From Syntrophales bacterium (GTDB taxonomy: Bacteria > Desulfobacterota > Syntrophia > Syntrophales > UBA4778), in assembly GCA_963665615.2 (NCBI GenBank), contig CAXXQE010000001.1, forward strand, positions 699,151 through 763,150: a DNA stretch of 64,000 nucleotides, in the 5' to 3' direction. The first letter of the stretch is position 1. Every line of letters starts with the position of its first letter. Shown one piece after another: positions 58,850-64,000 of the stretch. The translations under genes were made by a program, and so were the position numbers. The notes under the pieces were generated by a model. That model saw only the letters and a program-made list of their open reading frames with translations, searched no databases and was not told where the DNA came from.

Positions 58850-61270
58850 ATGGGAAAGCCAGAACTCGTAGTAAACAATACAGGGGCGATGGAAGCAAGA
58901 TTTGCTGCCTTAAAAGCACAATACTTCAAGAACGAACCCGAACTGTGCATTGAGCGGGACGTTTTTTACACCGAATCTTTCAAGGAGACGGCTGGTGAAA
59001 ATATAGAGATCCGTCGTGCGAAGGCGTTCAAGAAGGTTTTAGAGAACATGCCGATCGTGATACAGGACCATGAACTGGTTGTGGGTTCCCCTGCGAGGAA
59101 GCCCCGTGGGACGGCGACCTATCCTGAGCTCCAGATTGCGTGGGTTGCGGAGGAGTTGGATACCTTTGAGACGCGTCCTCAAGACCCGTTTGTCGTGAGC
59201 GACGAGACGAAGCGGACCTTGCGGGAGGATATCTTCCCCTTCTGGAAGGGCAAGTCCCTGTATGACATGGCCGTAGCGCAACTTCCGAAATCGACGTTGG
59301 ATGTGATCCTGGACAAAGGCCTTGTCGGCCACCAAGTGATGACCCAGATGGGAATGGGGCATTATTCACCTTCCTGGGATTGGTTGATTAGCAAGGGCAT
59401 GGAAGGCGTCATCGCGGATGCCGAGGCGAAGATAAAGACGCTGGATCCCACCGTTTACGCCAATTTAGACGGGATCGATTTTTTAAGAGCGATCGTCATC
59501 GCGTGTGAAGGTCTGATCACGTACGGGAAGCGGCATGCCGAGAAGGCGCGTGAGCTGGCCGCGCAGGAGAAGAATGCGCAGCGCAAGCAGGAGCTGGAGA
59601 AGATCGCCGCGGTCTGTGACCGGGTACCGGCGAAGCCCGCGCGGACATTCCATGAAGCGATCCAGTTCTTTTATTTCATTCCGGTTGTGAATTATTTGGA
59701 GACCAAGGCCTTTGCGTGTTCACCGGGCCGATTCGACCAGTACATGTACCCTTACTACAAGGCGGATATCGAGAAGGGGATACTGACCCGTGAAGAGGCC
59801 TTAGAGCTCATGGGATGTACCTGGGTGAAGTTGTCCGAGATCACGTATCTTTCCTCGAATATTGGGGCGAAGTATTATTCAGGATACCCGCCATTTCAAG
59901 TGATGAGCATCGGCGGCCTGGATGCCGCGGGCAACGATGTGGTCAATGAGGTGTCGTATCTTTGTCTTGAGGCGACGGAGAAGGTACATCTGGTTCAGCC
60001 TTCGCTCGTTGCGTATTTTTCCGGGAAATCTCCCCGGGAGTTTAGAAGGAGCGCCCTCAGGTGCGCTAGCACGGGCGGCGGCAATCCGGCAATTTGCCGT
60101 ACCGAAAACGGCATGCCGTGGTTGAAGCGGTGGCGCGGTTATAGCGAAGAGGATGCCCGCTGCATCGCGGGATTCGGTTGCATACACGCCCTTGCGCCTG
60201 GGATAGATGCCTCCGGTGATACCGGTCTGCATAATGTTCCGATGAGTCTGGAGTTTGCGCTCAATAACGGCGTGATGCGACTGACCGGAGAACAATTGGG
60301 GCTCCCCACCGGTGATGCACGGAAGTTCAGTTCGTATGAAGAAGTTGTAGATGCGTTCAAGAAACAACTGGCGTATATCACCCGGCACCATGTCATCATG
60401 AACGTTTACCTCCGGAGACTGCATGAAGAAGAATTCCCCACGCACCTCGAGTCCATTATCGTCGAGGGCTGTGTTGATAAGGTGATGCGTGCGAAATCCC
60501 CCAAGGGGTGGGCAACGCGCTATGTTCCTTATCAGGTTATAGTCGGGATGGGTCTTGCAGATATTGCCGACTCGTTGGCCGTCATCAAGAAGCTGGTATT
60601 TGAAGAAAAGCTGATCACGATGCCTGAGCTCATCGATGCGTTGGAGGTAAACTTCGAAGGGAAGGAAGCGTTGCGCCAGATGCTGATCAACCGGGCGCCG
60701 AAGTTTGGCAATGACGATGACTACGTGGATTCAATCGCCGCCGACATCAAGAATTTCTGGGCGGTCGAGATATCCCAATACTGCCGGGAGGCCAATGGCA
60801 TCAGCCGTTTGACAGATAACTGGAATTCGACGGCGGCGAATGTTCCCTTCGGGGTAGTGACCGGGGCGCTGCCATCGGGCAGGAAGGCCGGCGAACCTCT
60901 TTCCGATAATACGTCTCCTGCACATGGCTATGGCGAGGCGAGCGGTCCTACAGCGGTTTTGAAGTCGGAAGCGAAGCTCAAGGCAGAGGATCAGGGTACG
61001 AATCTGCTCAATCTCCGGTTTGATCCCACTTCCGTGACGACGGATGAGGGGCTGGAGAAATTTGTCGACCTGGTAGATACCTACCACGATCTGGGGGGAT
61101 ACCACGTTCAGTTCAATGTGGTCAGCGAAGAGACCTTGAAGGATGCGCAGAAAAATCCTGAAAAGCACCAGGGGCTGATGGTCAGAGTAGCGGGCTACAG
61201 CGCTTACTTTGCTGAACTCTGCCCGGAGGAACAGAACGATATCATCGCCCGGGCAGCCCATAAGATGTAA
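58850..61270 (+). CDS. Glycyl radical enzyme 1 (PFL2/eliminase-like fold, unknown substrate)
   Basis: RRAKAF, SPGRFDQY, APKFGNDDDYVD, GYHVQFNV, MVRVAGYSAYF (Gly782); Cys loop GFGCIH; RBS AAGGAGG before ATG 58850. Confidence 0.95.
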   Translation: MGKPELVVNNTGAMEARFAALKAQYFKNEPELCIERDVFYTESFKETAGENIEIRRAKAFKKVLENMPIVIQDHELVVGSPARKPRGTATYPELQIAWVAEELDTFETRPQDPFVVSDETKRTLREDIFPFWKGKSLYDMAVAQLPKSTLDVILDKGLVGHQVMTQMGMGHYSPSWDWLISKGMEGVIADAEAKIKTLDPTVYANLDGIDFLRAIVIACEGLITYGKRHAEKARELAAQEKNAQRKQELEKIAAVCDRVPAKPARTFHEAIQFFYFIPVVNYLETKAFACSPGRFDQYMYPYYKADIEKGILTREEALELMGCTWVKLSEITYLSSNIGAKYYSGYPPFQVMSIGGLDAAGNDVVNEVSYLCLEATEKVHLVQPSLVAYFSGKSPREFRRSALRCASTGGGNPAICRTENGMPWLKRWRGYSEEDARCIAGFGCIHALAPGIDASGDTGLHNVPMSLEFALNNGVMRLTGEQLGLPTGDARKFSSYEEVVDAFKKQLAYITRHHVIMNVYLRRLHEEEFPTHLESIIVEGCVDKVMRAKSPKGWATRYVPYQVIVGMGLADIADSLAVIKKLVFEEKLITMPELIDALEVNFEGKEALRQMLINRAPKFGNDDDYVDSIAADIKNFWAVEISQYCREANGISRLTDNWNSTAANVPFGVVTGALPSGRKAGEPLSDNTSPAHGYGEASGPTAVLKSEAKLKAEDQGTNLLNLRFDPTSVTTDEGLEKFVDLVDTYHDLGGYHVQFNVVSEETLKDAQKNPEKHQGLMVRVAGYSAYFAELCPEEQNDIIARAAHKM

Positions 61271-61320
61271 ATGTAATGGCCTGGCCCAATCATATATAAA
61301 CACAAGAAGGAGGCGTAAAG

Positions 61321-63744
61321 ATGGGAAAGCCAGAACTCGTAGTAAACAATACAGGGGCGATGGAAGCAAGATTTGCTGCCTTAAAAGCACAATACTTCAA
61401 GAACGAACCCGAACTGTGCATTGAGCGGGACGTTTTTTACACCGAATCTTTCAAGGAGACGGCTGGTGAAAATATAGAGATCCGTCGTGCGAAGGCGTTC
61501 AAGAAGGTTTTAGAGAACATGCCGATCGTGATACAGGACCATGAACTGGTTGTGGGTTCCCCTGCGAGGAAGCCCCGTGGGACGGCGACCTATCCTGAGC
61601 TCCAGATTGCGTGGGTTGCGGAGGAGTTGGATACCTTTGAAACGCGTCCTCAAGACCCGTTTGTCGTGAGCGACGAGACGAAGCGGACCTTGCGGGAGGA
61701 TATCTTCCCCTTCTGGAAGGGCAAGTCCCTGTATGACATGGCCGTAGCGCAACTTCCGGCAGAAACGGCGAACGTGATCCTGGACAAAGGCCTGGTCGGT
61801 CACCAAGTGATGAGCCAGATGGGGCTGGGGCATTACTCTCCTTCCTGGGACTGGTTGATTAGCAAGGGCATGGAAGGCGTCATCGCGGATGCCGAGGCGA
61901 AGATAAAGACGCTGGATCCCACCGTTTATGCCAATTTAGACGGGATCGATTTTTTAAGAGCGATCGTCATCGCGTGTGAAGGTCTGATCACGTACGGGAA
62001 GCGTCATGCCGAGAAGGCCCGTGAGCTGGCCGCGCAGGAGAAGAATGCGCAGCGCAAGCAGGAGCTGGAGAAGATCGCCGCGGTCTGTGACCGGGTACCG
62101 GCGAAGCCCGCGCGGACATTCCATGAAGCGATCCAGTTCTTTTATTTCATTCCGGTCGTGAATTATTTGGAGACCAAGGCCTTTGCGTGTTCACCGGGCC
62201 GATTCGACCAGTACATGTACCCTTACTACAAGGCGGACCTTGAAAAAGGGATTCTGACCCGTGAAGAGGCCGTAGAGCTTATCGGATGCACCTGGGTGAA
62301 GTTGTCCGAGGTCACGTATCTTTCCTCGAATATTGCGGCGAAGTATTATTCAGGGTACCCGCCCTTCCAGGTGATGACCGTCGGCGGCTTGGATGCCGCG
62401 GGCAACGATGCGGTCAATGACGTCTCGTATCTGGTCCTCGAGGCGACGGAGAAGGTGCATCTGGTTCAGCCCTCGCTGATTGCGTTTTTCTCCGAGAAAT
62501 CCCCAAGAGAATTTAAACGTCAAGCCCTCAAGTGCGCTAGCACGGGCGGCGGCAATCCGGCCATTTGTCGTACTGAAAACGGCATGCCCTGGGTGAAGCG
62601 CTGGCGCGGTTATACGGACAAGGATGCACTGTGCATCGGGGGAATCGGGTGCATCGGCAGTCTGACACCGGGCATAGACAGTATCGGCGACAGCGGTCTG
62701 CACAACGTTCCGATGAGTCTGGAGTTCGCACTCAATAACGGCGTGATGCGACTGACCGGCGAACAGCTGGGGCTCCCCACCGGTGATGCCCGGAAGTTCA
62801 GCTCCTATGATGAAGTCTTGGCGGCGTTCAAGAAGCAACTGGCGTATATCACCCGTCATCATGTCATCATGAACGTTTACTTCCGGCGGCTTCACGAGGA
62901 AGAATTCCCCACGCACCTCGAGTCCATTATCGTCGAGGGTTGCGTTGATAAGGTGATGCGGGCGCAATCCCCCAAAGGGTGGGCGCAGCGGTATATTCCT
63001 TATCAGGTTCTGGTCGGGATGGGGCTTGGAGATATTGCCGATTCTTTGGCAGCTATCAAGAAGCTGGTTTTTGAAGAGAATCTGATCACGATGCCCGAGC
63101 TCATCGATGCGTTGGAGGTAAACTTTGAAGGGAAGGAAGATCTGCGTCAGATGCTGATCAACCGGGCGCCGAAGTTTGGCAATGACGATGACTACGTGGA
63201 TTCGATCGCTACGGAAATCGAGAACTGGTGGGCGGTCGAAATCTCCCAATATTGCCGGGAGGCCAATGGCATCAGCCGGTTGGCAGAGAACTGGAATTCG
63301 ACGGCAGCGAATGTTCCCTTCGGGGTAGTGACCGGGGCGCTGCCATCCGGCAGAAAGGCCGGCGAGCCGCTTTCAGATAACTCGGGCCCTGCGCATGGAC
63401 CTGGCGAGGCAAGCGGACCGACAGCGGTTTTGAAGTCGGAAGCGAAGCTCAAGGCAGAGGATCAGGGGTGCAATCTGCTCAATCTGCGGTTTGATCCCAG
63501 TGCTGTGACGACAGAGGAGGGCTTGGAGAAATTTGTCGACCTGATCGATACATACCACGATCTGGGGGGCTATCACGTTCAGTTCAATGTGGTCAGCGAA
63601 GAGACTTTGAAGGATGCGCAGAAGTACCCTGAAAAGCACCAGGGCCTGATGGTCAGGGTGGCGGGCTACAGCGCTTATTTTGCCGAACTCTGCCCGGAGG
63701 AGCAAAACGATATCATCGCCCGGGCGGCCCATAAAATGTCATGA
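61321..63744 (+). CDS. Glycyl radical enzyme 2 (close paralog of GRE1)
   Basis: Same motifs as GRE1; Cys loop GIGCIG. Confidence 0.95.
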   Translation: MGKPELVVNNTGAMEARFAALKAQYFKNEPELCIERDVFYTESFKETAGENIEIRRAKAFKKVLENMPIVIQDHELVVGSPARKPRGTATYPELQIAWVAEELDTFETRPQDPFVVSDETKRTLREDIFPFWKGKSLYDMAVAQLPAETANVILDKGLVGHQVMSQMGLGHYSPSWDWLISKGMEGVIADAEAKIKTLDPTVYANLDGIDFLRAIVIACEGLITYGKRHAEKARELAAQEKNAQRKQELEKIAAVCDRVPAKPARTFHEAIQFFYFIPVVNYLETKAFACSPGRFDQYMYPYYKADLEKGILTREEAVELIGCTWVKLSEVTYLSSNIAAKYYSGYPPFQVMTVGGLDAAGNDAVNDVSYLVLEATEKVHLVQPSLIAFFSEKSPREFKRQALKCASTGGGNPAICRTENGMPWVKRWRGYTDKDALCIGGIGCIGSLTPGIDSIGDSGLHNVPMSLEFALNNGVMRLTGEQLGLPTGDARKFSSYDEVLAAFKKQLAYITRHHVIMNVYFRRLHEEEFPTHLESIIVEGCVDKVMRAQSPKGWAQRYIPYQVLVGMGLGDIADSLAAIKKLVFEENLITMPELIDALEVNFEGKEDLRQMLINRAPKFGNDDDYVDSIATEIENWWAVEISQYCREANGISRLAENWNSTAANVPFGVVTGALPSGRKAGEPLSDNSGPAHGPGEASGPTAVLKSEAKLKAEDQGCNLLNLRFDPSAVTTEEGLEKFVDLIDTYHDLGGYHVQFNVVSEETLKDAQKYPEKHQGLMVRVAGYSAYFAELCPEEQNDIIARAAHKMS

Positions 63745-63770
63745 TTATATAAAAATGAGGAGGGAGTGCA

Positions 63771-64000
63771 ATGTTAGATTTAGCCTATGACCATCGTGTA
63801 AAGCACTATATGTTGGCGCCGGAGGATGTCAAGAAGCCTGATTTTGTGAGGAGTATGCGGATCGCAAAACTCAGGGAGCTGGTGCGTCCCCCAATTAACC
63901 TGCTGTCAGCTGAGCGGGCCCGTCTGGTAACGGAGTCCTATAAAGAGACCGAGGGGTTGCCGGTAGAGATCCGGCGGGCGAAGGCAGCGGACAAGATCCT
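63771..64000 (+). CDS. Glycyl radical enzyme 3, N-terminus only (truncated by window end)
   Basis: RBS GAGGAGGGAG; manual translation MLDLAYDHR...RIAKLRE...SAERARLVTESYKETEGLPVEIRRAKAADKI, a typical GRE N-terminal motif. Confidence 0.85.
   Translation, partial: MLDLAYDHRVKHYMLAPEDVKKPDFVRSMRIAKLRELVRPPINLLSAERARLVTESYKETEGLPVEIRRAKAADKI

Noticed and set aside
58850..63744. Pyruvate formate-lyase, alkyl/benzylsuccinate synthase, or microcompartment-associated GRE
   Set aside because: No Cys-Cys pair, no CMSP-type loop or flanking small subunits, and no BMC shell genes in the window

Overview
This is a chromosomal segment of an anaerobic, deltaproteobacterial-type bacterium; Desulfobacterota, possibly Syntrophales, is inferred from gene content only. 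From left to right it holds: a partial NUDIX gene; a CRP-family regulator followed by two CRP boxes and a five-gene operon (membrane protein, excisionase-like HTH, ExeA-like AAA ATPase, two TPR proteins); moaA; tRNA-Val(CAC); a K+-independent membrane pyrophosphatase; cydAB; MFS and MacAB-TolC-type exporters with a TetR regulator and operator; an [FeFe]-hydrogenase operon (hydA-aspA-hydF-hydG-hydE); an orphan reversed motB-motA pair under a sigma54 promoter; a hybrid histidine kinase and response regulator; paaK, iorAB and a TRAP transporter; and a sigma54-driven catabolic region (DUF1302/YCF48/DUF1329/RND uptake module, Fe-S protein, QueG-like protein) ending in at least three tandem glycyl radical enzymes. 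Three highlights: (1) the two complete GREs are about 92% identical but carry non-canonical, divergent Cys loops (GCIH vs GCIG, no catalytic Glu), so they are candidate new radical chemistry; (2) a complete Trp attenuator missing from the ORF track (leader MSTVIFNSNYWWWRG) sits in front of iorAB-TRAP, implying biosynthetic salvage of indole/aryl-acetates; (3) the ExeA/TPR/acidic-tail operon of unknown function appears CRP-controlled. No CRISPR array, rRNA, integrase or transposase was seen.
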